DNA of 64,000 nucleotides from Candidatus Nealsonbacteria bacterium (GTDB lineage Bacteria; Patescibacteriota; Minisyncoccia; Minisyncoccales; JANBVM01): NCBI GenBank assembly GCA_026016225.1, contig CP061210.1, positions 517,882 to 581,881 of the forward strand, read 5' to 3'. Shown piece by piece: positions 9,429 to 19,024 of this stretch (position 1 is its first letter; each line of letters starts with the position of its first letter). The notes under the pieces were generated by a model. It saw only the letters and a program-made list of their open reading frames with translations, ran no database searches and was not told where the DNA came from. The position numbers and the translations under genes were made by a program.

Positions 9429-9799
9429 ACGTGTTCGGTCGCTCGAACCGAGCTCAAGCATACTCTACCCATGGACAACGTCAGAACCAAGATTTTAGAG
9501 AAAAATGATATTTTTTTTCCTAATTTATTATTTATGAAACTATCTTAAAAGCTGTTTAATAGATGTCCTGGAATAAAAAAAGCTTTACCCTAAATTTATT
9601 GGATAAAGCATGTTGGTTGTAGTTAGCAGATTAACCGCATCGTGAACATCCACTTTTTTCGGCGGACTTTACTGGCTGTCTTTCTTTCTCATTAAGTAAT
9701 TTTAAATCATCAATTTTTTTGTTCTTTTTCATTTAAATCAGCCCTTTATTAAAGGTTCTGGTTTCATGTTAGCATGTCTTTGAAGAGCGTGTCAAGATG

Positions 9800-11053
9800 T
9801 TAAGATTGCAATATTTTTATTACCAATCTCGTTGATTCCGATTTTTTTTCAAAAAAAATATCATTTTTTATCAATGGTTGGTTGACACCTCGTGGATATA
9901 CAAAAATCTGCAACCGATCTACTCCCGGTTTTTTCAAATCATCCCACTTATCAGCAAGCGATAAAACAATTTTATATGCATAATTATTTCCATATGTCAG
10001 TAGTCTACAGTTCTTTGAAATCAAACAAGCACTTTCTCTTTTTAGATCTACTATGCCAATTGCGCTGTCTTCAAAGCCAAAATCTTTCTCCTCTTCCTCC
10101 AAAGATAATTCAACAGATTTTTTTTCGTGCAATGATAAAAAAACAAAGAAATCATATCTCTTAAAAAGAGTAATTCCCTTTGATGGCAAAGCTCTTTCTT
10201 TATGGCCTTTTCGCAGCAAGGAGATTATTTTATCTTCGTCAAAAAATTCAGGGTGTTCGGTACAGACGAGGAGTTTCTTGGATAGCCCTGTGCGTTCTGT
10301 TAATAATTCTTGATAAGTTTTTGATCTCATTTCCATGAAGCCGCCAAGAGTTGTGGAGAAACTAATCAAAATACCTCCTTGCTTCAATAAAGCTGGGGTA
10401 ATCTGCGCTCCGTTGACTCCAATTGGGGCAACAATTATTCCCCCTTCCTTTAGTTGCTTTATCCATGATTCTGGGAAATCTTTCACAGAACAGGTGACTA
10501 TTATGCGGTCATAGGGCGAATGTATTGGCAAACCTTTTGTCCCATCTAAACATTTTATTGTAATTCCTCTGTAACCAGTCTTAGTGAGATTTGAACGAGC
10601 GTTTTTTACAGTATCGGGATCGATATCAATCGTAAACACCTTCTTGGGATCCTGGATAATTTCGGAAAGGATTGCAGCATTGTACCCTGTGCCTGTACCG
10701 ATTTCAAGCACTTTCATTCCCTTCCATAGCTGTAAATTTTCTAGCATCGATGCCATCAAAGAGGGCTGGGTGGAAGAACTCATAGGGCAAACACCTATCT
10801 TTTTTGTAATAATGGAGAAGTCGCCGTACACTTTTTTAAGATCAATACCGCGAAGGAAAAGATGCCTAGGTACTTTTTGAAAAGCCCTCTTGACTTTCTG
10901 GCTTCGGATAGCTTTATTTTTAACTAATTCTTTAACCAGTTTTTTTCTTAAGGTTTCTGCCTTGGATTCCATGTTTTCCTTCTTTATATCATTATATGCA
11001 AATCTATCTAGGAAAAGAAACAATGCGTAATCCTCTTTCCTTAATTTTAGCAC
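9800..11053 (-). CDS. Protein-L-isoaspartate O-methyltransferase domain fused to a roughly 200 aa C-terminal domain of unknown function
   Basis: 417 aa. N-terminal half has the PCMT signature (LEIGTGTGYNAAILSEI, DRIIVT). C-terminal half has no recognisable family. Confidence 0.6.
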   Translation of the reverse strand: MLKLRKEDYALFLFLDRFAYNDIKKENMESKAETLRKKLVKELVKNKAIRSQKVKRAFQKVPRHLFLRGIDLKKVYGDFSIITKKIGVCPMSSSTQPSLMASMLENLQLWKGMKVLEIGTGTGYNAAILSEIIQDPKKVFTIDIDPDTVKNARSNLTKTGYRGITIKCLDGTKGLPIHSPYDRIIVTCSVKDFPESWIKQLKEGGIIVAPIGVNGAQITPALLKQGGILISFSTTLGGFMEMRSKTYQELLTERTGLSKKLLVCTEHPEFFDEDKIISLLRKGHKERALPSKGITLFKRYDFFVFLSLHEKKSVELSLEEEEKDFGFEDSAIGIVDLKRESACLISKNCRLLTYGNNYAYKIVLSLADKWDDLKKPGVDRLQIFVYPRGVNQPLIKNDIFFEKKSESTRLVIKILQS

Positions 11054-11201
11054 AGGTTGAAGGCTTTGTAATTTACCTCTTTCCTTGTTTTTTATTTACG
11101 CTCGAAGTATCTAAAGATTAGTTAAAAAAAGGGGTGGAAGAATTCTCCCACCCTATTTAGGTAGATATTTAAAAAGCACCTGTTTCCCCATTAAGAAGCG
11201 T

Positions 11202-11426
11202 TTATTTCTTGACCTCTCCGCTGAAGTCATAGGGTCTTAACTCAGTATTTAGGAAGCTCTTTAATCCTTCTATTTCAATGATGTGATGTGATCTAAGCTT
11301 ACAGAGAAAGCTGATAATTTTGGTGGTTACTTTCTCCCGGTAGTCCTCCATTTCAGCTACATGATTCTCAATAATGCAAGTAATAGATTGGGAAGCTATG
11401 AGCCCCATGAATGCCTTTTTACTCAT
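11202..11426 (-). CDS. Hypothetical protein
   Basis: 74 aa ORF, no family. Confidence 0.3.
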   Translation of the reverse strand: MSKKAFMGLIASQSITCIIENHVAEMEDYREKVTTKIISFLCKLRSHHIIEIEGLKSFLNTELRPYDFSGEVKK

Positions 11427-11500
11427 TGGAATACAGAGGGGTTGATCTCAACAATTCGGAAATTCAACTTCCAATGTTTTTTAAACATCACATTTTCTTT

Positions 11501-12208
11501 TTAAATCTTTCCTTTTAAATATGCTTGCCTTCTTTTTTCTGGGAATCTCTCTATTGCATATCGCAACATTGTTCTTGGCATTTTCTGATAATGTTTCTTT
11601 AAGAATTTCTCTTCTGTTTCTAAAGACCTTTTACCAATTTCACGTAACATCCAGCCTGCTGCTTTATGTATTAAATCGTGTCCGTCTTCCAAGAGCATTT
11701 CTAAAATCTTTAAAGTTTCTTTAAATTCATTATTTTTTATAAATTGAAATGTAGACATTATGGCTATTCTCCTTTCCCATAGATTCTTCGACATCGCCAG
11801 TTTATATAATACCTCTCTAGGCTTATCTGAAAGATACTCTCCAATTATTTTATCGGCAGACAAATCAACCAAATCCCAATTGTTAATGTAATTAGTATTT
11901 TTCAAATAAAGTTTGAAGATTTTTTCTTTTAAGCGCTCGTCGTCTGTCTGGAACTTTTGAACCAAAATAAGTAAAGCTACCAATCTTTCTTCGTGAATTT
12001 TTGAATATAACAATTTTTCAATTCCTTTGAGCGACAGATTTTTGTATTTTTCGGCAATTTTTCTTAAATCGCCAACTTTAATACCCAAAAAAATATCTCT
12101 CTCACCATATTCTCCGGGTTCTGTTTTAAAAAATCTTTGAAGGTTTTTTGATTTTTTGACACTTGCCTTGCTCTTTAGCTCTTTTTTTAAATCTATAAGC
12201 TCGAACAT
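11501..12208 (-). CDS. DNA alkylation repair protein (AlkD/AlkC-like HEAT-repeat family)
   Basis: 235 aa. Pattern NNWDLVD...AAGWMLREIGK typical of the DNA_alkylation family. Confidence 0.65.
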   Translation of the reverse strand: MFELIDLKKELKSKASVKKSKNLQRFFKTEPGEYGERDIFLGIKVGDLRKIAEKYKNLSLKGIEKLLYSKIHEERLVALLILVQKFQTDDERLKEKIFKLYLKNTNYINNWDLVDLSADKIIGEYLSDKPREVLYKLAMSKNLWERRIAIMSTFQFIKNNEFKETLKILEMLLEDGHDLIHKAAGWMLREIGKRSLETEEKFLKKHYQKMPRTMLRYAIERFPEKRRQAYLKGKI

Positions 12209-12292
12209 ATGTTTCTATTCTATCAAAAAATCGCCCCGGCCAACAGACACAAGACGGTTTATAACGGTTTAACGTCGGGTGTTAAACATTTT

Positions 12293-12841
12293 TTATAAAT
12301 ATTTTAACATTACTACTTCATCATATAGCTTTCCCTTAAGCTTAAATTGTTTGGGAATTTTAGCTACAGACCTAAAGCCTATTTTTTTGTATAACGAAAT
12401 AGCTGTTTTGTTTACAGAAAAAACGCTTAATCTTATCATTTGGGGTTTTGGCTTTAATTTAGTCTTTGCCAATTTTAAAATCTCCTTCATAAAATATTTT
12501 CCTAAACCAATACCTCTATAATCTTTAAGAATATGAATACCCAAGCCTCCAATATGACTTTGCACATACGACCTCAGAGAAATTATGGTCATCCCAACAA
12601 CTTTATCTTTGTCTTCAGCTATCAGGATAACTAATTTATGCTTTTTTATTCTTTCTAACCTATCTTTTATATATTTTCTCTTCTCTTTCAAACTTATTTT
12701 TTGTTTCCTCGATATATAAGCCGTATCATCTTCTGCTAATTCGTCCGTGTATCTTTTAAACCTTGCAGCCTTCTTAATATCAGCTTTTTCTGAAAACCTT
12801 ATTGTTAACTTTTTATCTCCAAATTTTTTTACTTTTTTCAT
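12293..12841 (-). CDS. GNAT family N-acetyltransferase
   Basis: 182 aa. Acetyl-CoA binding motif RGIGLGKYFMKEIL and C-terminal GF-x-x-hydrophobic-x-K segment. Confidence 0.7.
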   Translation of the reverse strand: MKKVKKFGDKKLTIRFSEKADIKKAARFKRYTDELAEDDTAYISRKQKISLKEKRKYIKDRLERIKKHKLVILIAEDKDKVVGMTIISLRSYVQSHIGGLGIHILKDYRGIGLGKYFMKEILKLAKTKLKPKPQMIRLSVFSVNKTAISLYKKIGFRSVAKIPKQFKLKGKLYDEVVMLKYL

Positions 12842-13101
12842 AATTTAGATTAACTCCCACTTAAATTTTTAAAAATATTAAAAATAGATTTAACAGCATT
12901 TTTCTACCCTGAACCTCAAATAGTTTAGGGTTTGTCTTTATCTAAAACTTTATGAATATTTAAAGATTCAACCTCTTAACAATAAAAGGCTGAATAACTT
13001 CCATTGAAGTTCAACTTTGACAGGTTTTAAAAAATAAAAAATCAAAATTACATTAATAAAGTAATTTTTTAAATATATATTAGCAAAATAGGAATGTTTA
13101 T

Positions 13102-13257
13102 TTCTTTCCAGCTATTAGATATACGGCGTTTAATCCTATTGCTACGCCCAAACCAATAAGCACCCAGGCGAGACTCGTCTTACCAATATACATAAACTCA
13201 TTAATCACAACAATGAACGCAATAATTAATGAAATCCAAGGTAGATATTTCATATTT
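13102..13257 (-). CDS. Small membrane protein (about 51 aa), hypothetical
   Basis: Minus ORF MKYLPWISLIIAFIVVINEFMYIGKTSLAWVLIGLGVAIGLNAVYLIAGKK, two hydrophobic segments. Not in track. Confidence 0.25.
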
Positions 13258-13484
13258 TATTTATCTTTTTTATTTACTATAATTATTTCTCAACTTGTCC
13301 CGTGATGAAATTTTACGGGATTAATTCCTCGACCTTTTTTAAATATTGAACTTCAGATTTCTTTTCTCCTGCTGTCTTTGGTCCCACGTTTTCCTACCAC
13401 AGTAGAATTCTCCAGAATTTAAGAAATATTTTATGTCTTTTTTTAAAAACTCTTCTTTTGTTATTATTTGCTCCATATTACCTT

Positions 13485-14696
13485 TTATTTTTTAATTAGC
13501 CTTACCATTTCTCTCCTTTTTCTTATGAGGAATTTAGATATTTTATCAATAATTTCAGAAGGCCATGTTCTTATTCTGTAATTTAACATGTTAGCATTAA
13601 CGGTCGACACTTCCTCATATTTACCCTCTTGTTTTAAAACCTCTCTTAAGTTTTCCCATTTTTCTTGATCTTCACTTCTGGTGGGCGCCTTTAACTCTTC
13701 CCTTATATCAACTTTTAATTGCGCATCAGGTCCATCTATAATTGATATATTTTCTCTCTTTGCAAACTCTATAGCGGCTTCTTTTATTTTCTCTTGCTCT
13801 TCTTCTATTTTATAGATTTCTTCCTTAAGCTCATTTTTAGCCTCCTCTAATTCTTTATACTTAGTGACTAACTTCACCCCTGTATCTTTTTTATACTCAT
13901 TCACCGGAAGCTCTTCCATTTCCTTTAAGTGTTTCCATAAAGGACATATATTTTGAAAATCACACCAATCACAAAGTGCACTCTTTTGAGGATAAAAATC
14001 AAGACATGATTTAATCTCCTCTATTTTTTCTATGACCATTTTTTGAAGCATATTGGCCTCTTCTTCGCTCCTAAAAGAAGTGATTTCTTTATTAAATAAA
14101 AGAGAATGCCAAATAAGCCTTACCTTCTTTACGTCTGGCCATTTTTCTTTCAGGGCAACATAATATAGACCAAGCTGCCAATCTTTATCAGCTTCTTCCT
14201 GCGTCATTAATCTGTTAGTCAATTTATAATCATGTATCTCAAACATGTTTTCCTTATCATCCCAATCCAATCTATCCAATTTACCACAGAAAGGATATTC
14301 TCTTCCGTTGTGTTTAACAGTAAAACTGAGCATACGTTCTGTATCTATAACCTTTGCCTGGTCAAATGGCTTATATTTATCGTAATAATCTATAATAGAC
14401 TGCCTTCCCTTATTGTAATAATCTTTAGCGGTTAATTCCTTCTTAACTATTTTTATACTGCTCGTATAGTTCTTTTCCCATAATTCCTCATATTTATCTA
14501 AAATCCATTCAACAGGCTTTACGGAACCTGCCTTAATTAATTTATAGAACTCTTCCAATGTTTCATGGGCTACACTGCCCCTGAATCTCTCTATTGTTTG
14601 TATGTCTGAAACAAGCCTGTCAATATATTTATATTTATAAGCACGATTGCAATTATCAAAAAGTCCTATTCTTGATGGTGAATATATGGTTTTCAT
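13485..14696 (-). CDS. PD-(D/E)XK nuclease family protein (RecB/Cas4-like, with C-terminal Cys cluster)
   Basis: 403 aa. D...EIHDYKL (D, E-x-K) core and CDWCDFQNICP cysteine cluster reminiscent of the Fe-S domain of AddB/Cas4 nucleases. Long KE-rich C-terminal tail. Confidence 0.55.
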   Translation of the reverse strand: MKTIYSPSRIGLFDNCNRAYKYKYIDRLVSDIQTIERFRGSVAHETLEEFYKLIKAGSVKPVEWILDKYEELWEKNYTSSIKIVKKELTAKDYYNKGRQSIIDYYDKYKPFDQAKVIDTERMLSFTVKHNGREYPFCGKLDRLDWDDKENMFEIHDYKLTNRLMTQEEADKDWQLGLYYVALKEKWPDVKKVRLIWHSLLFNKEITSFRSEEEANMLQKMVIEKIEEIKSCLDFYPQKSALCDWCDFQNICPLWKHLKEMEELPVNEYKKDTGVKLVTKYKELEEAKNELKEEIYKIEEEQEKIKEAAIEFAKRENISIIDGPDAQLKVDIREELKAPTRSEDQEKWENLREVLKQEGKYEEVSTVNANMLNYRIRTWPSEIIDKISKFLIRKRREMVRLIKK

Positions 14697-14717
14697 ATAT
14701 AGTTATTCTCTAATTTA

Positions 14718-14746
14718 AAAATAGCTTTATTCCTCGAAAAATTCAA
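14718..14746 (-). promoter_or_regulatory. Promoter-like motif TTGAAT-N17-TATTTT (minus strand), member of a conserved family
   Basis: rc reads TTGAAT ttttcgaggaataaagc TATTTT, about 20 nt upstream of the ATG of gene 13485..14696. Spacer resembles the other four family members. Confidence 0.45.
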
Positions 14747-14760
14747 GAAAAATAAAAAAG

Positions 14761-14985
14761 AAAGGAGAATAACACCACCTCTCTATAATAAATCTTCTTT
14801 AATGAATTTTCCGAGTAAAGCATAACATCTTGGACACCTTTTATTAAGAGCGGTAGGTGTCCAAGTTCTTCCACAATGAAGGCAATTAGCAGTTTTATCA
14901 TCAATGTATTCTATATATAAACCGCAAAGGGGGCAACAGACATATTTATAAATCGCCCCACAATCCCATTCTTCGCATACTAAAC
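14761..14985 (-). CDS. Possible Cys-rich zinc-ribbon mini-protein lacking a canonical start codon
   Basis: Minus frame ...TGLVCEEWDCGAIYKYVCCPLCGLYIEYIDDKTANCLHCGRTWTPTALNKRCPRCYALLGKFIKEDLL, 10 Cys. No in-frame ATG/GTG/TTG after the upstream stop. Confidence 0.2.
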
Positions 14986-15106
14986 CTGTTTTAATTATTT
15001 AAACCACCCTTATTTATTTTTTTAAAAAACTATAATTTTCTAAAAGAATCGAAAGATTGGTTTCATATTAGTTATTTAAGAAAAGAAGTCAACGTTCTAA
15101 AAATAA

Positions 15107-15200
15107 AAAAATCCGCGATGGGCTCTTTTTGATTAAATTTCTTTATCCTGAGCCTGCCGAACGGGTTCAACTTCACCCTAAATTTTAAAAAATAGAGTTG
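15107..15200. repeat. Repeat A copy 1 (about 95 bp), paired with 19025..19200
   Basis: GATGGGCTCTTTTTGATTAAATTTCTTTATCCTGAGCCTGCC(G/A)AACGG ... AAAAAATAGAGTTGACACC shared near-identically with the second copy. Contains a TTGACA hexamer. Confidence 0.6.
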
Positions 15201-15362
15201 ACACCGTTTTTTTTAAAGCAACTTCTAAAGCTTACTAGTAGACACTTTCACTCGTCAATTTGACGATGCAAGAGGAAGATGTTAAAGTCAACTCAGTTGC
15301 GGAGCAACTAAAGAACCTTGAAAAGTTAATATAAAAAATGGAAGAAAGGAGGGAAACTTATA

Positions 15363-16451
15363 ATGATAAGAATTGAAAATATGGAAGAAGCAAAAAGAGT
15401 TAGCCTTAATTATGGAATACCAATTTCTGAAGTTTTATTTTGCGAATTTAATCGCACTGGAGTATGGCTTGAACTCTCACAAGTTCCGATTACCCATAGA
15501 GTACGTTTTGTATGTAATGATATATTCTCTGATAAATCAATGTATTTTGCCTTGCCTGTTAGAGAACGCGATGAAACACGCTTTATGGTTGATAAATATG
15601 GTCGGTTGATGTTCAACTCTATAATATTGGGAAATACAAGTTATCTAGACGAAGACACTTGCGATTGTAGTTATTTTCGAAAAAATAAAAAGGTTCTCAA
15701 TTTAAATAGCCACAGAAGGGGCGAATGCCACGGTTGTGTATTTTGTATTCATAGTTATGATATAACTGTTTTAAGTGATCGTGAAGAGATAATCAAAAAG
15801 CCCAAAATTCGCGAGTTTTTCAGAACTATTCTTGAGAAAAATAAGTTTAAAGATTTCTCTCACTTTGAACAGATTGCCGTTGTAACAGGGTTATTTAGTA
15901 ATGAAAAATCAGTAGTACAGCATATTGCGGATGTTCGTGAGGTTGCAGGGGAATTGAATTTTTCCGGAACTATTTTCTATCTTGGTTGCGAATTAACAAG
16001 TAGGTCTGCTTTAGACGAAGTTAAAAACTATGGGCCATTCTCATTATGTTATTCACTTGATTGCTTAACTCAAAGAACGCGACGTCTAACTGTTAGGAAA
16101 AGAGATGTATCAGTATCCTCTATCCTTCAAATTTTAGAGTATGCGAGTAAACTTGGCTTGGAAACAACTTTCTCATATATTGTCGGTTTGGATCCAATAG
16201 AAGATTTATTTAAGGGAATAAGCGAACTCAGTCAATTTGTTAATCGGTTTCCAATAGTGAATATATATCAAACACAACACCGTTTGCAAAAAAAAATTAT
16301 GACCCCAGAGGCAGACAATTTAGACTATTATCTTACTGCAAGACAAATTTTTGAATCTATTTTTAGCCAAAGAGGGTTAAGGCCACACAATTGGGAGAAT
16401 TATCGTTCTTTATGGTACCACTATTTTGGGGATGAATATATCCCCGAATAA
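15363..16451 (+). CDS. Hypothetical protein with CxC...CxxCxxC cysteine motif; GC-richer than surroundings
   Basis: 362 aa. CDCSYF...RRGECHGCVFC motif. Preceded by a good SD (AGGAGGG, 8 nt). Local GC visibly higher than neighbouring genes. Confidence 0.5.
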   Translation: MIRIENMEEAKRVSLNYGIPISEVLFCEFNRTGVWLELSQVPITHRVRFVCNDIFSDKSMYFALPVRERDETRFMVDKYGRLMFNSIILGNTSYLDEDTCDCSYFRKNKKVLNLNSHRRGECHGCVFCIHSYDITVLSDREEIIKKPKIREFFRTILEKNKFKDFSHFEQIAVVTGLFSNEKSVVQHIADVREVAGELNFSGTIFYLGCELTSRSALDEVKNYGPFSLCYSLDCLTQRTRRLTVRKRDVSVSSILQILEYASKLGLETTFSYIVGLDPIEDLFKGISELSQFVNRFPIVNIYQTQHRLQKKIMTPEADNLDYYLTARQIFESIFSQRGLRPHNWENYRSLWYHYFGDEYIPE

Positions 16452-16513
16452 TAAAAAGAGGACTTCCTAATTAACCGGAGTCCGTTTTTTTTACTTTAGT
16501 ATTATAAATAAAT

Positions 16514-17311
16514 TTATTTTAGACTTTTGATAAGTTGTAATTGAGAAAGAAGTAAATTTCGTCTTCTTTTTCCTTCTATTTGGATAATTTTTTGTTTTTC
16601 TAAAATAGCAAAAATCTCTAAAGTAATAGTTAAGTTGATACCTAATTTACTTAATCTCTTTAGAATATAGTTTAAATAATTTCTCTCTGCTTTAGGAAAA
16701 ATTAAGTGGTCTTTCTCATTGTCATTATAATGAAGATGAATATGTTTAATTTTTGTTGAAAAAAGATCGAGGAATTTTTCTAACTCCTGCCTCGATATCT
16801 TATTAGCATGACCAACATCAAGAGTTATTGATAGCGAAGGGCTGTTAAGTAATAAATATTTAAATTCTTTAGATAGATTAAAAGGAATGTCTGAAATATT
16901 TTCAACTAATAATTGGATTTTATTTTTCTTGCAAAAATTAGATATGGTTTTTAAAGCCTTGAGATTACTTAACTTAACCTGCTTTTGACTAATATTTTGA
17001 CTAACAAAAGGGTGAATGGTGATTTTTTTTGCTCCGAGAAGTTTATAAATCTTGACATTTTCAAAAATTTTTTTAAGTCCTTTTTTTTTAGTTAAATCTA
17101 TTTTCCAATGGATATGTCCTAAAATTTCAAAATTACCTAAGTTTTGATTTACTTTTTCTAAGTATTTTTTTGAATACTCTATTAAATTATATTTTAAAGT
17201 GATCTCTATAAAATCAAAGTTCTTTCTTGCAAATTTTATTTCAGATATTAGATCAATATTAAAACTAGGCATGTATCCAAATCTGAAACAATCAAAATTT
17301 GTTTTTGACAT
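16514..17311 (-). CDS. Sugar-phosphate isomerase/epimerase (xylose isomerase-like TIM barrel)
   Basis: 265 aa. ITLDVGHANKI...HIHLHYNDNEKDHL pattern typical of the AP-endonuclease-2/xylose-isomerase-like TIM barrel family. Confidence 0.6.
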   Translation of the reverse strand: MSKTNFDCFRFGYMPSFNIDLISEIKFARKNFDFIEITLKYNLIEYSKKYLEKVNQNLGNFEILGHIHWKIDLTKKKGLKKIFENVKIYKLLGAKKITIHPFVSQNISQKQVKLSNLKALKTISNFCKKNKIQLLVENISDIPFNLSKEFKYLLLNSPSLSITLDVGHANKISRQELEKFLDLFSTKIKHIHLHYNDNEKDHLIFPKAERNYLNYILKRLSKLGINLTITLEIFAILEKQKIIQIEGKRRRNLLLSQLQLIKSLK

Positions 17312-17468
17312 TTTGGTATGAATTATTCTAAGTTTATCTCACTGAATTAATTTTAGCATAATAATACCATTGAGACTAAACAAAAATCTGTAATAAATAT
17401 TTTTAGGTATATTCCAGGTTTTTTAAAAAAAACTGGGTCAGTACTAAATATGACTCAGCTTTTTGGGT

Positions 17469-17834
17469 TTAAAGATCGGTAACTATTTCCCCTAATTGAC
17501 TAATCGCTACTTTGCTTTTTACTAAATTCTTATCTCCCCAATTGGCCAGATGACTGGAAAATGAAATAATTCTTATATTAGGAATTTTTTTCCTTAAAGT
17601 TGAAGCGATCTTCTCTCCGTCATTTGTGAAAGTATCACCTGGGGGAACCAAGGAGCCATCAACAATAGCAATTGTTACTCCTTTTCGAGAAGCATCTTTA
17701 ATCTTTATTAAGGCCTCTTTCAATGATCTTGCTTCAATTAGAACTTCGTGTCCTTCTTGCTTCAAAGATTCTTTAATTAAGTTTCTAATATTTTCATTAT
17801 CATCAACTAAAAACACTTTTGCTTTTTTTGGCAT
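17469..17834 (-). CDS. Single-domain response regulator (CheY-like receiver)
   Basis: 121 aa. Acidic pocket (VDDNE), phospho-acceptor region IAIVDGSL, conserved downstream S/T and K. Confidence 0.55.
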   Translation of the reverse strand: MPKKAKVFLVDDNENIRNLIKESLKQEGHEVLIEARSLKEALIKIKDASRKGVTIAIVDGSLVPPGDTFTNDGEKIASTLRKKIPNIRIISFSSHLANWGDKNLVKSKVAISQLGEIVTDL

Positions 17835-18024
17835 CGTACTCTCCTTATATATGTTTTTAAAATAACAGATTAAAATATTCTTGTTAAAATGAGAATATTA
17901 ATTTATTTTAACTAAATTTGACTTTTAGTCAATAATCTGGCAATCTATATTAGAAGTAATTTAGCACCTTAAATTTTAATAAAAGAAAAAATATGCACAA
18001 TATGAAAGGAGGATTATAAACGCC

Positions 18025-18666
18025 ATGAATTATCGGGATAGTTTGGAACGATTTAAAAATAGAATTCAAGAACTTGAGATGGAAATAGGGACGAACAAAA
18101 CACTAAAACAAGTAAGGGGCGAAAAGGATATCTTAGCACTATCTGAGACAGATTGGTATTTTCTTTGTAAACTGAGAGTTGCTGAGCTTATGTTTTATCT
18201 TAGAAATAAAATTTTATTTCATTTCGGAATGCTAGTAATCTTCGGTTGGCAAGAAGAGTGGACTAAAGAATGGGTGAATCTGCCCGATAGTAGTCAAAAT
18301 ATTTTTAAAGAAAGAGGATTTAATATTTTTTACAATTCGATCTTAGATATTGCTAGCAAATTTTTACAGGTAATTCAATTTGATGGGGCGATTCTAATTG
18401 ATAATAAGGGGATGGTAACTAACTCGGGCATGTTTATTGAGGGACTTCGACCGACCGATGTCGCCGAGAAGTTAAAACTTCCCGAGGGAGAGGATTTTTC
18501 ATCTCGCTTCGGCTTTAAAATTAAAGTTCATACGAGGCATTTATCCGCCATTAGCGCTTCTTATCAATTTAAAGACACAACTGTATATACTATTTCCAAA
18601 AAGACGGGCGATTTACGCATTTTCGAAAAAGGTAAAATTATTTATTCAACCATTAAAGAAGAATGA
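18025..18666 (+). CDS. Diadenylate cyclase (DAC/DisA_N) domain protein with N-terminal coiled coil
   Basis: 213 aa. DGAILIDNKG and HTRHLSAISASY resemble the DGA and RHR motifs of c-di-AMP synthases. Confidence 0.45.
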   Translation: MNYRDSLERFKNRIQELEMEIGTNKTLKQVRGEKDILALSETDWYFLCKLRVAELMFYLRNKILFHFGMLVIFGWQEEWTKEWVNLPDSSQNIFKERGFNIFYNSILDIASKFLQVIQFDGAILIDNKGMVTNSGMFIEGLRPTDVAEKLKLPEGEDFSSRFGFKIKVHTRHLSAISASYQFKDTTVYTISKKTGDLRIFEKGKIIYSTIKEE

Positions 18667-19024
18667 ATATGATTTTACTGAAATGAATTTAAATTACATA
18701 TAAAAGAGCAGTATCATTTTGATTGCTACTCTTTTTTTATTCCTATTGAATCGTCTCTCCAACTTAAACTGAAGATAATTTATGAGTTACTTCTTTTATC
18801 AATGGTAGCCGAATTCTTAAAACACCTTACATGTTTTATCACGACACTCGATTCCTGAACCACTTTATCAGGCAGTCCCATAATTTCAAAAAGCCTTAAT
18901 CCGTATGAGGCATCTGTTCTATTTCAATGATTTGGACGTCCAGACCTCCAATGACTACTGAAAAGACTCTGGAAGGCATGTTATTCGATTTTAACAAAAT
19001 CTTAAAAAACATAATCCAGAATAA

